From Nitrososphaerota archaeon (GTDB taxonomy: Archaea > Thermoproteota > EX4484-205 > JAAOZP01): 64,000 nucleotides of DNA. A model generated the notes under the pieces. That model was not told the DNA's origin, searched no databases, and was given only the letters and a program-made list of their open reading frames with translations. Of the stretch, positions 48,627-58,576 are shown piece after piece. Both the position numbers and the translations under genes were made by a program. Position 1 is the first letter of the stretch, and each line of letters opens with the position of its first letter. The DNA lies in the NCBI GenBank assembly GCA_011605725.1, contig JAAOZP010000017.1, forward strand, positions 64,001-128,000, given 5' to 3'.

Positions 48627-49898
48627 CTACTTTTCTTCAGTAAACTCTTTGATGAGTTCTTGAGCCCTGTCGAACCGTATCCTTTTCTCCCTAACCATTT
48701 GCTCCGCGACCTTATCTATCAGATCCCCTGTTGCCCCGGCTTGAATAGCGATGTTGCGCGCGTGAAGCCGCATATGACCCGCCTGAATCCCTTCGAGGGC
48801 TAAGGCTCTTAATGCTGCAAGGTTCTGAGCAAGCCCTACGGCACCCATTACCCTAGCCAGCTCCGTAGCGGTCTTAACACCCAGAATTTTAACGGCGATC
48901 CGGGCTACAGGATGAGTTTTAGTCGCACCGCCCACTAAGCCTACTGCCATAGGCATTTCCAGCGTACCAGCAAGGTCACCGTTCTCATCCTTCTCCCAGA
49001 TGCTTAAAGGCATATACCTGCCTGTTCTAGCCGCGTAAGCGTGTGCACCAGCTTCTATAGCCCTGTGATCCTGCCCAGTGGCCAAGGCAACTGCACACAC
49101 ACCGTTCATTATACCCTTATTGTGGGTTGCAGCTCTGTAAGGGTCGCTTGCTGCAAAGGCCCATGCTTTCACTATTGCGTCAACAGCATCCTCCCCGCCG
49201 ACTTCCTCCTTAGCAACTGTCGTCCTAGCCCTTACAAGCCTTTTATCAGCAAGGTTCGATATTATCCTTAAGTATACTTTCCCCCCGGTGATCCTCTCTA
49301 TCAAGGGTGCTACAGCCTCGCACATCGTGTTAACAGCGTTAGCGCCCATCGCGTCCCTCACATCTACAAGAAGATGGGTTATCACCATTGGGCCCACAGG
49401 ACTATCCACTACTCTAACTTCAACATCCTTGGCGCCTCCCCCAAACTTCACGAGGACAGGATCCTGCTCGTTCGCTAGCTTCAATATCTCATCTCTATGT
49501 TCAAGAATCTTCATTCTAGCAGTGTAAGGATTCGACACCTCAGTCAGTTGCACCTGTCCTATCATGATAGGATCCGTCGCATCCGTGAATATTCCTCCTC
49601 TAGCCCTAGTCATTTTAGCAGCATTGCTGGCCGCTGCGACAACCGAGGTTTCCTCAATAACCATGGGGACAATATACTCTTTTCCATCTATAAGGAAGTT
49701 GAGCGCAACCGAGAAAGGGTAGGCCATTGTCCCAATCACGTTTTCAACCATTTTATCAGCAATATCTAGGCTCAAATTACCATCCTTAGAGAGAAGCCTA
49801 GCCTCGTCCTCCGTCAATCCGGAGAACTCAACTATCCTGCTCAGCCTTTCTGCTAAGCTTAAATTGTAGAAACCAGGGATCCTGGATGTTCTAGCCAT
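48627..49898 (-). CDS. mvaA: HMG-CoA reductase, class II (MvaA type)
   Basis: ENVIG, EETSVVAAAS, DAMGAN, RAATHNKGIMNG, GIQAGHM.LH. Confidence 0.93.
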   Translation of the reverse strand: MARTSRIPGFYNLSLAERLSRIVEFSGLTEDEARLLSKDGNLSLDIADKMVENVIGTMAYPFSVALNFLIDGKEYIVPMVIEETSVVAAASNAAKMTRARGGIFTDATDPIMIGQVQLTEVSNPYTARMKILEHRDEILKLANEQDPVLVKFGGGAKDVEVRVVDSPVGPMVITHLLVDVRDAMGANAVNTMCEAVAPLIERITGGKVYLRIISNLADKRLVRARTTVAKEEVGGEDAVDAIVKAWAFAASDPYRAATHNKGIMNGVCAVALATGQDHRAIEAGAHAYAARTGRYMPLSIWEKDENGDLAGTLEMPMAVGLVGGATKTHPVARIAVKILGVKTATELARVMGAVGLAQNLAALRALALEGIQAGHMRLHARNIAIQAGATGDLIDKVAEQMVREKRIRFDRAQELIKEFTEEK

Positions 49899-50014
49899 TG
49901 ATTTCTGCCGCTTTAGGAATTTTAAAAACGTTTTCCAGACATTAGCAAGGCTTCGACTTACGCCTTAAAATACTATAAACACTTAAAAGACAACGCCATG
50001 GCTACTTACTCAAC

Positions 50015-50329
50015 TTGGAAAGCAGAAGCTTCAGAAAGTTTTTAGAGGAAAAGTCAGCAAAAATCAAGGTTGAAAGGCAGGGGCAGAGAATCTCATGGGA
50101 TGAGGAAGTTAAGAAAGACAAACATTCCTTCACAGGATTCCTTGAATTTGCCTATTCAAACAGGGCTTCTGGAGACTATATATATCTAGATAGGAGTACT
50201 GCTTTCGACATCGTTGACAGGATTAACTGGATGGAAACAAGGATTAAGCGCCTTACTATCAGGCTTAAAATACTACTCCTGCTTCTAATCGCTTCTCTGC
50301 TAGCTGCCGTATGGGGATGGTTAACATGA
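50015..50329 (+). CDS. Hypothetical protein with a C-terminal membrane anchor
   Basis: Coiled segment then ILLLLLIASLLAAVWGW; stop overlaps the MoxR start (ATGA). Confidence 0.65.
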   Translation: MESRSFRKFLEEKSAKIKVERQGQRISWDEEVKKDKHSFTGFLEFAYSNRASGDYIYLDRSTAFDIVDRINWMETRIKRLTIRLKILLLLLIASLLAAVWGWLT

Positions 50330-51531
50330 GCAGTAAAAGGCCACTCGTAGAAAAGCTTAGAGAAGAATTGTCCAGAAGGTTTATTGGCAATGATGAAGCA
50401 TTGTCAGCATTACTGTTAAACCTGCTTCACCGGAAGTCGACAACGCTGATAAGGGCTCCAAGGGGAACAGGTAAGTCAACACTAATGCTGCTCATCCTAA
50501 AAGGACTCTTCGGGGATGATTTTGTCGTTATCTCCGGAGCCTCTGAGGTGAAGAGGGGGGAGGTTGTCGGAAGGCTCCATATTCCTTCGCTTGAGAAGCG
50601 AGGCGTTGAGAAAGTCTTGTGGGCTAAGTTCGTACAGGCTCAGGGAAAGGGGATAGATGAGGTGAACAGGCTTAACCCTTACACTACTGCGAACGTATAT
50701 CATTTAATGCAGTTTGGAGAAGTATGGGCATATGGGCAAAAGTACACGGTTGAAGACTATACTCTTTTAGCTACTGAGAACCCTAGTGACGCAACTACTT
50801 TCGTACAGCCCCCGCCGTTCTACGACAGATTCGACATCACGATCTACCTTAATTCTCTCACCGTAAGCCAGAAATTTGCACTTCAAGAGTTGAACAACAA
50901 TTACGGCCACGACCTTGTAAGATCCATGCCACAAGTCATCGGGACAGAGGATCTGATGGAGATAAGGAGAGAAGTTGAGGAAACAGATGTTGAACCCGAA
51001 TTGATAGGTTTCATAAACACGCTCATTAGAGATTTTCAAGTGTGTGTCAGGGGGAAGGAACACAGCAACGTTCCGTTACCAGTCCTATGTGAGGGCTGCC
51101 ATTTCACCAGGTTTGTATGCAGCAGGGTGAAAGAACCGCCGAGCGAGAGGGCAACGCTCATCCTTCTTCAACTAGCTAAAGCCAAGAAATGGCTTGAGGG
51201 AAAGGTTGAAGAGAACGATATTGTTGAGATGGCTAAATGGGTCCTGATTCACAGGATGAGTTTCCTTAATCCTGAAAAGCCGTTGAAGGAAATCGGTGAG
51301 CTACTTGAAAGAGAAAAAGAAAGGATGTTTGAACGCGAGTCGAGGAAACAATGGTTTATACTGAACGAGCTTTACAGTAATTTCAGTCCAGGCCTATACA
51401 GGACTGCTAAAGAAATAGCTGCGGAAGACAATGTGTTTGCAGAAGAATTATTCTTCTTAGAGGAGAAATGGGTTAAAGAAGGAAAGATCAGCCGAGAGGA
51501 AACGTTGAAGGTAGGTCTCGGGATAGAGTAG
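50326..51531 (+). CDS. MoxR-like AAA+ ATPase with a four-Cys insertion
   Basis: FIGNDE, Walker A APRGTGKS, DEVNR, ATENP, DRF, S.R; Cx14CxxCx6C. Confidence 0.85.
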   Translation: MSSKRPLVEKLREELSRRFIGNDEALSALLLNLLHRKSTTLIRAPRGTGKSTLMLLILKGLFGDDFVVISGASEVKRGEVVGRLHIPSLEKRGVEKVLWAKFVQAQGKGIDEVNRLNPYTTANVYHLMQFGEVWAYGQKYTVEDYTLLATENPSDATTFVQPPPFYDRFDITIYLNSLTVSQKFALQELNNNYGHDLVRSMPQVIGTEDLMEIRREVEETDVEPELIGFINTLIRDFQVCVRGKEHSNVPLPVLCEGCHFTRFVCSRVKEPPSERATLILLQLAKAKKWLEGKVEENDIVEMAKWVLIHRMSFLNPEKPLKEIGELLEREKERMFERESRKQWFILNELYSNFSPGLYRTAKEIAAEDNVFAEELFFLEEKWVKEGKISREETLKVGLGIE

Positions 51532-51535
51532 CAAA

Positions 51536-53245
51536 ATGGATGAAGAGGAAGTTAAAAGAATTTTCGCTCAGGTTAGGAGTGAACTTTACTTTCCGCCATG
51601 CGAATTAGAGATAAAGGATGATGGTGGAAATGATACTCCATTCTTCGTGGCAAATTCGAAAGTAAACATTTCGCTGAATGCAGTTCCGAAAAAGGTTGAT
51701 TACGGAAAATACCTCAGATCAGTTATAAGACATGAGATCGCCCACTTACACTACTGTCCTTACGACATTAGGACAGCCTATGAGCTTATTAGGGAAGCGT
51801 ATAAAGCATGTAAGGATTGGAACACTGCTTACTTCTCGCTCCTGCTATTTTCCGACTTAAACGTTGACTGCTTCTATCTTTTAAACAGGTTTGGCGAAAT
51901 ACCGTACCACGTCGACCAGTTCCTCGATTCGAATCAACGAGGAATCGGCAGGTATATTCAGGCAGCTTATAGACATGTCTTGAGAAAAAGCGGGCGAGAG
52001 TACGACTATAATGTTGAAAACGTATCCAGGCAAATCAGCATAGTGATGAGGTCTGAAAGAAACTGGTTCAACAAGGTGAGCCTGATAGCACTAATACTTT
52101 CCCTGAACAAGGTTAGGTTTGAAATACCTAGGCGCCTCGCCGGCCCAAGCATGAACATCCCTTTGAGGGAAGACCTTAGCAAGAACACTGTTGAGAAAAT
52201 CAGCGAGGTCCTTGGCGGGATAAAAAGTAGTGAGGAGGCCAGAAGGTTTTACGAATACTGGGTCAAATCAAGATTGAAAAACTCAGAGCTTGAAAAGGCT
52301 AAGAAAATATTTGAGAAAAAAGGGGTGAGAGAAGGCGAGAGAAAAAGCGGGAAGGGGAAAACTGAAAAAATAAGCCGTTCTAAACCCGAGGGTGGAAAAG
52401 AACCAAAGTTACCTACGAGCCTAAGCAAGCCATACTCAGGGTTAACTAGCAAAATGGTTGAAGAGCTTTTCTGGAAAGTATTCTGGTATAGGGCTAGGGC
52501 TATGAGAACGATGCTGATATATCTCGAGGAGGGAAGGAGGCCTGAGCCGAACCTGGCAATATCCAGTTACCCTATGGATTGGAATATTGAGGACGAGGTT
52601 GAAGACCTTGACCTAGAATCCAGCTTAGACGAGGGGAGGCTTCGAGTTGAAATAAATACAGTGAAATGGAGGAGCGAGATTAAGGGCAAGGGAAGCAACC
52701 TAACAATAAGCAATGTCCCTTCGAGCCTAGTTGTTTTAGACGCAAGCAGAAGTATGCAGGATGTGTTCGACAATGCTGCAACCTCAGCGTTTATAAACCT
52801 GCTTTCCGTAGAGAGGATAGGGGGTAAAACCGCCTCAATCACTTTTTCAACAGAATTCTACTCGGTTGACTGGAATGGTTCAACGCTTGAAAAGGAAGTA
52901 GCATTATCTCTTTACCTCGGAGGCATGACGATACTTCCTCTGAACGAGATCATGAGGCTCATCTCTGAAAGCGAGAACAGGGTTTTGATCAACATCATAA
53001 CAGACTGCGGCTGGCAGAACATTGAGGAGGCTCTTCCAATTCTAGAGCAAATAGTTAGAGAAGGCCATGGAGTTAAAATATTTTACCTGCATGGTGGGAA
53101 ATACCCGGAGAACGTGAAGATGGTGAGCAGGGTTGGTGGAATAAGGATTATTCCAGTAAAGGATCCTGAGACTGACTTGCAATATTTGGTTACTAAAGAA
53201 ACAAGCCAGGACTACGGGGGTTCTGTACTGGTTTTCAAAGCCTAG
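51536..53245 (+). CDS. HEXXH metallopeptidase-like + vWA domain protein (MoxR partner)
   Basis: RHEIAH with downstream D..VD, charged linker, MIDAS DASRS ... GGMT ... ITD. Confidence 0.78.
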   Translation: MDEEEVKRIFAQVRSELYFPPCELEIKDDGGNDTPFFVANSKVNISLNAVPKKVDYGKYLRSVIRHEIAHLHYCPYDIRTAYELIREAYKACKDWNTAYFSLLLFSDLNVDCFYLLNRFGEIPYHVDQFLDSNQRGIGRYIQAAYRHVLRKSGREYDYNVENVSRQISIVMRSERNWFNKVSLIALILSLNKVRFEIPRRLAGPSMNIPLREDLSKNTVEKISEVLGGIKSSEEARRFYEYWVKSRLKNSELEKAKKIFEKKGVREGERKSGKGKTEKISRSKPEGGKEPKLPTSLSKPYSGLTSKMVEELFWKVFWYRARAMRTMLIYLEEGRRPEPNLAISSYPMDWNIEDEVEDLDLESSLDEGRLRVEINTVKWRSEIKGKGSNLTISNVPSSLVVLDASRSMQDVFDNAATSAFINLLSVERIGGKTASITFSTEFYSVDWNGSTLEKEVALSLYLGGMTILPLNEIMRLISESENRVLINIITDCGWQNIEEALPILEQIVREGHGVKIFYLHGGKYPENVKMVSRVGGIRIIPVKDPETDLQYLVTKETSQDYGGSVLVFKA

Positions 53246-53359
53246 TTTAAAACCTTTACTTAAACTGCAAGCAACACTCGCATTATTCAGGGTGTTCGTA
53301 TTTCTGGACACCTTATTCACACCAATACGGTTAAAAACAGCTTTTTAGAATGGCAGACC

Positions 53360-54199
53360 GTGGTTGAAATGGAGGCGTTCAACAGTAAATGGGTGCTAAT
53401 ACTCGGTTTAATTGCTGTTGTAACCACGGGTGTGAATCTTGCTCTATTGGCGAGAACATACCCCGTCCTCACCGGTCAATCGACCAGCCTCGAGGAATAC
53501 CGTTTTACGATTTCAGATAGCTCTGTTAAAAACTCCGGTATTCCTTCCCTGAACTATGGGCAGGCTGAGCAACAGGTGAAGACGATAAGCGTTACAGGCA
53601 CCGGTGTTGTTAAGGCTAAGCCCGACAGGGTGGTTATAAGCCTGAGCGTGGTCACGCAGGCGGATACTGCGGAGAAAGCAGTTTCAGAGAACACGGATAA
53701 AATGGACCGCGTTATAAAGGCTGTTAGAGCCATGGGAATTCTTGAGAACCAGACAGAAACATCAGCGTACAGCTTGAATCCCGTTTTTGAGTATCCTAGG
53801 GAGGGCTCGCCCCGGATAGTCGGCTACACGTGTAGCAACACGATCAGGGTTACGGTTAAGGATTTGAACAAGGTGGGAGGGGTAATTGATGCTGCGGTTT
53901 CGGCTGGTGCGAACCAGGTTTCATCCCTCCAATTCACGATCTCCGAGGAAGCGATGCGTCAACTCGGGCTGAACGCTCTAAGCCTTGCTGTGAAAGACGC
54001 CGCCTTAAAAGCCAGTACGATAGCTACTGCTGCCGGAGTAACGCTGATAGGCCCAGTTTCAATAAGCCTCTCCGGATACTCACCTTACGTTAGAAGCTAC
54101 GCTTTCGAATCCATTTCCGGAAGCTTCCAGACGCCAATACTTTCACCGGAGGAGGTCAGCATAACGGTTACTGTTTCAGCCGTTTATGAGTTCAAATAA
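53360..54199 (+). CDS. SIMPL / DUF541 (BP26-like) membrane-anchored protein
   Basis: N-terminal TM, TISVTGTG.V...PD, IDAAV.AGAN, A..DA..KA..IA.AAG. Confidence 0.9.
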   Translation: MVEMEAFNSKWVLILGLIAVVTTGVNLALLARTYPVLTGQSTSLEEYRFTISDSSVKNSGIPSLNYGQAEQQVKTISVTGTGVVKAKPDRVVISLSVVTQADTAEKAVSENTDKMDRVIKAVRAMGILENQTETSAYSLNPVFEYPREGSPRIVGYTCSNTIRVTVKDLNKVGGVIDAAVSAGANQVSSLQFTISEEAMRQLGLNALSLAVKDAALKASTIATAAGVTLIGPVSISLSGYSPYVRSYAFESISGSFQTPILSPEEVSITVTVSAVYEFK

Positions 54200-54241
54200 A
54201 AAGTTTAAGACCTTTTCAACACTTAATCAGCGTGCTGCTCG

Positions 54242-54706
54242 TTGAGCGAGGAGGAACTTGAGTATAAGCTGCGTGGAAAAACGCTTCAAGTCTATCTTTA
54301 CCTGATAAGGTCCGGCACAGATGAGAGCCATGGTGTTAGGGAGATTCAGAGGGCGCTTGGCTTCAAGAGTCCAAGCATAGCCTCATATCATCTTGAGAAG
54401 CTAAGGGAGCTCGGCCTCCTTGCAAAGGATGAGAATGGCGATTACCGTGTTGCTAAGGAAGTCAACGTAGGACTTTTGAAGCTCTATATTAAGATAGGTG
54501 AGCTCAGGCTACCGAGGTTCCTACTCTACGCGTGCCTCATAACCAGCATGGTGGTGACATACCTGCTGGCTTACCCTCAAACATTGAGCCCACATAATCT
54601 TTTTGCACTGCTGATAAGCATCTCCTCACTCGTAATACTATGGGGTGAAACCTTTCTGATTATAAGGGAAACAAGGTTTAAAAACAGGCGTCCCGAGAAA
54701 CGTTAA
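54242..54706 (+). CDS. Winged-HTH protein with two C-terminal TM helices (membrane-tethered regulator)
   Basis: GVREIQRALGFKSPS.A.YHL.KL...G, then two hydrophobic segments. Confidence 0.8.
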   Translation: MSEEELEYKLRGKTLQVYLYLIRSGTDESHGVREIQRALGFKSPSIASYHLEKLRELGLLAKDENGDYRVAKEVNVGLLKLYIKIGELRLPRFLLYACLITSMVVTYLLAYPQTLSPHNLFALLISISSLVILWGETFLIIRETRFKNRRPEKR

Positions 54707-54879
54707 AGCTAGCATCAATATTAAAACTGCCTTAAGATGTTTTAAGAACCTTCGCTTCAACGCATCTTTAACAACTCCAGTAAACCATAGTGACAAGGCT
54801 TGATAACCCTATTGAGAAAAAGCCTGGATAAGGGTTGGCCTGAGAAAAGCTAAAAGCACCTCGTGTGTTTGAAAAAGAC

Positions 54880-55692
54880 ATGTGCAGGCTGCTGGGAGCA
54901 ATTTTCGCCGAAACCGGCAGTATCCAGCATCATTTTTTAAACTCGGAATGCTCGCTCTTTACTCAAGCGGTTAAAGGAAGGCAGTCGGACGGCTGGGGGA
55001 TAGGTTTCTACTCGCAGGGAAACAATCCAGTAATCTTCAAAAGCGATAAGCCTGTTTACGAAGACAAGGAGGAGTTTGAAAAGGCTGTTAAATCCACCAT
55101 GGGCAGAATAATCATCGCACACGTGAGAAAAGCCAGTAACCCTATGGGGTTAGCAAGGGAAATGCTCATATCACTCGAAAACTCTCAGCCTTTCAGTTAT
55201 TCTAACTATGTTTTAGCGCATAATGGCACGATTAACATACCTGACGAAGTTTCAAAGAGGCTGGGCCCCTACGCAAAACTGATAAAAGGGCGAAACGATA
55301 GTGAGGTATACTTTTATCTGCTGCTAAGTCTTATTGAGAAAGAGGGGGATGTGACCAATGCTTTCAAAAAAGTTGAGCACACGTTGATGAAAATCTTCCT
55401 GGAAGAGAAAGTTAGCAGGTTTGAAACCCCGTTCACCAGTTTGAATACAATATTCTCAGACGGAAACAGGCTCTACGCCTTCACAAGATACCTCTACAAC
55501 CCTGGCCCATCAATGTGCTACGGAGACGCACCAATATACGAGATGTGTTTTAAAATCAGTAGTGACCACATAGTAGTCGCGTCAGAGAAAACAGAGAGAG
55601 GCGACTGGGTTCCCTTGAAAAACAATAGTCTGCTCGTATGCTGGGTTGAAGGAGGAGAATTGAAACATAAAGTGCTTGATCTCAATGTTTAA
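54880..55692 (+). CDS. Class II (Ntn) glutamine amidotransferase, YafJ/EgtC-like
   Basis: N-terminal MCRLL, DGWG, AHVRKA, AHNGTI, DSE; start moved to expose Cys2. Confidence 0.9.
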   Translation: MCRLLGAIFAETGSIQHHFLNSECSLFTQAVKGRQSDGWGIGFYSQGNNPVIFKSDKPVYEDKEEFEKAVKSTMGRIIIAHVRKASNPMGLAREMLISLENSQPFSYSNYVLAHNGTINIPDEVSKRLGPYAKLIKGRNDSEVYFYLLLSLIEKEGDVTNAFKKVEHTLMKIFLEEKVSRFETPFTSLNTIFSDGNRLYAFTRYLYNPGPSMCYGDAPIYEMCFKISSDHIVVASEKTERGDWVPLKNNSLLVCWVEGGELKHKVLDLNV

Positions 55693-55750
55693 AAAGAGTA
55701 TACACGGGAGCATGCGCCTTAACACGCATTGTTAGTTGAAAGATAGTGCG

Positions 55751-56851
55751 CTAAAAAAGAAAAGGCTTAGGAACAATCTTTCTCAGAAGCCTTAAAACCT
55801 CTCCACGCTTCCCTGCAAAAACATCTATATCGGAATCAGCGTAAGATATGAAGTAATCCTTGACTCTAACAGCCGGCTTAAAGTGGAGCTCAATCTCTCC
55901 GAAACAAAGATCTGAACCGGAATTGTAGGATTGAACACACCCTTTCGGACCATCTGGATCAGCCTTCGCAACGTCGAGACACTCCTCCTGGCTAACCGGG
56001 GCCATCATGGTACTCATAGATAAGAGGAAAACCTCATTCTTCCCGTGCTCCACATAATAAAGTATTCTTGAGCAGCCTGGTTGAGCAATATCTTCCGGAG
56101 CTATGCCCAGCTTATAGATAGCGGCTCCGTCTATTTTGAACGAAACATGGTCGCTGGAGACCTTTAACCTGTCTCCCGGTATTTTCCCGAAGTAGTGAAT
56201 AGGCTTAGCACCCCTGCGCGTAGGAATAATTACTGTGCCACTCCTACTCTCCCCGGGACGCACCTGTGTTAAAGACCAAAGGTTTATCCCGTTTTTCACC
56301 TGCCCCTTGGCCACCATAGCGTCCCTGACCCTAATCCAAACATGCTCTAAACCCCTTCTAACACGCGTGCCGTTAATGGAAAACCGTCTTGAAAAAGATA
56401 AGCGGATCCTAGTCTGACTCGCAAAATCCTCCAGCTCCGCCTCCCCCTCGAGGTCGACACTCTTCCCACTGGAGCTAACTATGGACCAGCTCCCAGGGTC
56501 GAGTGAAGACTGACATAGCCACTCTTCAAAGCTGTCAGGCTTTCTATAGTAGAACCTTCTCTCTGGAGAAACCCAAAGCCTATTTCCTCCGATATTCCAG
56601 TCTCTCCTACTGATTAAGTCGCTCAGGTTCTTCGCAACCCAGAACGGGTTCTGTCTTTCTCCGATGAAGACACCAAGTATCCTCGCACCGTACTCAGTCA
56701 CTAGTACCGACCCAGCTTCACTCTCCAGGGTCAACGTCTTGACGGAGCCCTCCAGAGCCTTAAGCAGCCCCTTCCTACGGTGAATTTCCAGCAACCCGAT
56801 GAGAAGATTCACAGGTAGAAAATAAGTTTTTTGCAACGGGAGATGAACCAT
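55751..56851 (-). CDS. Conserved hypothetical protein (DUF6786-like; possible mutarotase-like beta-sandwich)
   Basis: YGARILG, WNIGGNRLWVSPE, VQSYN.G..FGEIE; start uncertain. Confidence 0.6.
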   Translation of the reverse strand: MVHLPLQKTYFLPVNLLIGLLEIHRRKGLLKALEGSVKTLTLESEAGSVLVTEYGARILGVFIGERQNPFWVAKNLSDLISRRDWNIGGNRLWVSPERRFYYRKPDSFEEWLCQSSLDPGSWSIVSSSGKSVDLEGEAELEDFASQTRIRLSFSRRFSINGTRVRRGLEHVWIRVRDAMVAKGQVKNGINLWSLTQVRPGESRSGTVIIPTRRGAKPIHYFGKIPGDRLKVSSDHVSFKIDGAAIYKLGIAPEDIAQPGCSRILYYVEHGKNEVFLLSMSTMMAPVSQEECLDVAKADPDGPKGCVQSYNSGSDLCFGEIELHFKPAVRVKDYFISYADSDIDVFAGKRGEVLRLLRKIVPKPFLF

Positions 56852-56941
56852 ACTTTAAAAGCGGCCTGTCTAACTTTTAGAACACTTTCCTAAGCCTGTT
56901 CCAAACAATAGTGATAAATACTGCTTTAAGGAGAGAGCATC

Positions 56942-57784
56942 GTGAGCATGAAGACATTTGTTTACCTACTGGCTCTAACAGCATTAATTCTTGCAGGAGC
57001 AGTAGGCACGGTGATGCTCAGGCTTCAAAAAGTACAGGAAAAAATCATGGAGCTAACTGTATCCGGCGGTTTCTGGGCAAGGATGGAGAAATTCGAGTTT
57101 TACGAGAACGGCAGCATTATTTATCGCGATCTTACTAGAAACATTGAGAATTCCACGTCAATACCTCATTCAACACTGATGGAGTTGATAGGAAGGATGA
57201 AACTCCTTCTTGAAGCGTATCCAGAAGGCTTGAAACTGGAACCCATGGGAGGAGCAGACTACTTCACATATAACCTGAGCATCTACAGTAACGGTAGGAC
57301 GACGACCTATTATTGGACAGATGTTAGTGAAGAACAGCCTGAGGAACTCTCTTACCTAGCTAGTCTACTGCATGGAATGAACAGTTTTGCAGCAGGCTAC
57401 TGGAAAATAGTTTTTTACCTTAAAACTGAAAAGCTGGCTTTTAACAAGGGTGAAACGTTAAAGATGTTTGCAGTAGCCATTAACCCCAGCCGGAGCGATT
57501 TTCAATACGCTTCTCCAACGCCCTGCTACCCGGATTTCAGGATTCAGCTACGAACCCCAAGCGGCGAGACTGTTGAACTCTTCCCGGTTGGTTATGATCC
57601 TAAAAAACGCTGTATTCAAGTTGTTCAAAACCGTACTTTAAAACCAGGCGACACGATTCAGTTAGAGTACAACTATACTTTCAGCGAGGAGGGCACTTAC
57701 GTTGTTGAAGCCTATTTTCCATATGCGGAATGGAGTGCAACAAGATACGTAAGCATGCTCATGATCACGGTGCACAGATTTTAA
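56942..57784 (+). CDS. Exported or membrane-anchored protein; emfourin-like domain plus BsuPI/Ig-like domain
   Basis: N-terminal TM; SGGF and GADYFTY.L.I...PEEL; C-terminal beta-rich domain with PC..C.QV...TL.PG, EGTY.V. Confidence 0.55.
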   Translation: MSMKTFVYLLALTALILAGAVGTVMLRLQKVQEKIMELTVSGGFWARMEKFEFYENGSIIYRDLTRNIENSTSIPHSTLMELIGRMKLLLEAYPEGLKLEPMGGADYFTYNLSIYSNGRTTTYYWTDVSEEQPEELSYLASLLHGMNSFAAGYWKIVFYLKTEKLAFNKGETLKMFAVAINPSRSDFQYASPTPCYPDFRIQLRTPSGETVELFPVGYDPKKRCIQVVQNRTLKPGDTIQLEYNYTFSEEGTYVVEAYFPYAEWSATRYVSMLMITVHRF

Positions 57785-58096
57785 TCCTCCAAGCTAATCT
57801 CCAATTCGGTTTAACGGGACACGACAGGGTTGCGCCGAGTATAGGAAGAGAAACCAGCGGTAAGCATAATGAGAATACTTGTTCATCATGGTGCTGCGAT
57901 GAATTAAACTGTTTAACACGCTCTTTAATCAGAGACCCTGCAACCAGTTTCTATAGGATCCTCTGGTCTACTATGGGTCTTGAAGCTTTCTGGAGAAGAA
58001 CGATACAGGTAGCGCCTGAAGAGGATTGCCAGTAAGCCTACGGGATTTAGATAAACGCTTGCACCGACAGGCTGGTGGTTTTAAAAATCTCAGGAA

Positions 58097-58576
58097 CTAC
58101 TTCTTAGCCAAGCAGGAGGCCAGTTTTGCTAGTCTCCGACCCATCCTTCTGCAGAGCTCCAGATCCTCTTCATCAGGTTTCCCAACGCAGGCCGCTCCGT
58201 AATGCTTATTCTCAGGGTCTCCCTGGATAATCATGCCGTGGACAAGTAGGGCTTGCAGTATTGACATGAGGGTTGTTTCAGCTCCTGTCGCGCTTCCCCC
58301 TGAGGATGTAAACGCGCCTCCAACCTTTCCCTCAAGCTTCCCATGTATCTTTACGGTTTCATCCAGCAGCCTCTTAACAGGAGCAGCCATCAACCCGTAA
58401 TACGTTGGAGACCCTATTATTATTACATCTGATTCGACCAGGTCTTTCAAAGAGGTGTTTTCAACTCGCTTAAGCTTAACGTTAACCCCCTTAATCTCCT
58501 TGGCTCCCTCTGCTATTGCTCTCGCCATTCTTTCCGTGTTCTTAGTTTTAGAATAGTATGTTACCAACACTCTCAT
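58097..58576 (-). CDS. Flavodoxin-fold NAD(P)H oxidoreductase (WrbA-like)
   Basis: YYSKTKNTE.MA, GSPTYYG, L.GKVGGAF.S; start at the ATG of MRVLV. Confidence 0.88.
   Translation of the reverse strand: MRVLVTYYSKTKNTERMARAIAEGAKEIKGVNVKLKRVENTSLKDLVESDVIIIGSPTYYGLMAAPVKRLLDETVKIHGKLEGKVGGAFTSSGGSATGAETTLMSILQALLVHGMIIQGDPENKHYGAACVGKPDEEDLELCRRMGRRLAKLASCLAKK

Noticed and set aside
57730-58035. 101-aa ORF in the gap before the flavodoxin gene
   Set aside because: Overlaps the upstream gene end, has atypical composition and shows no motif
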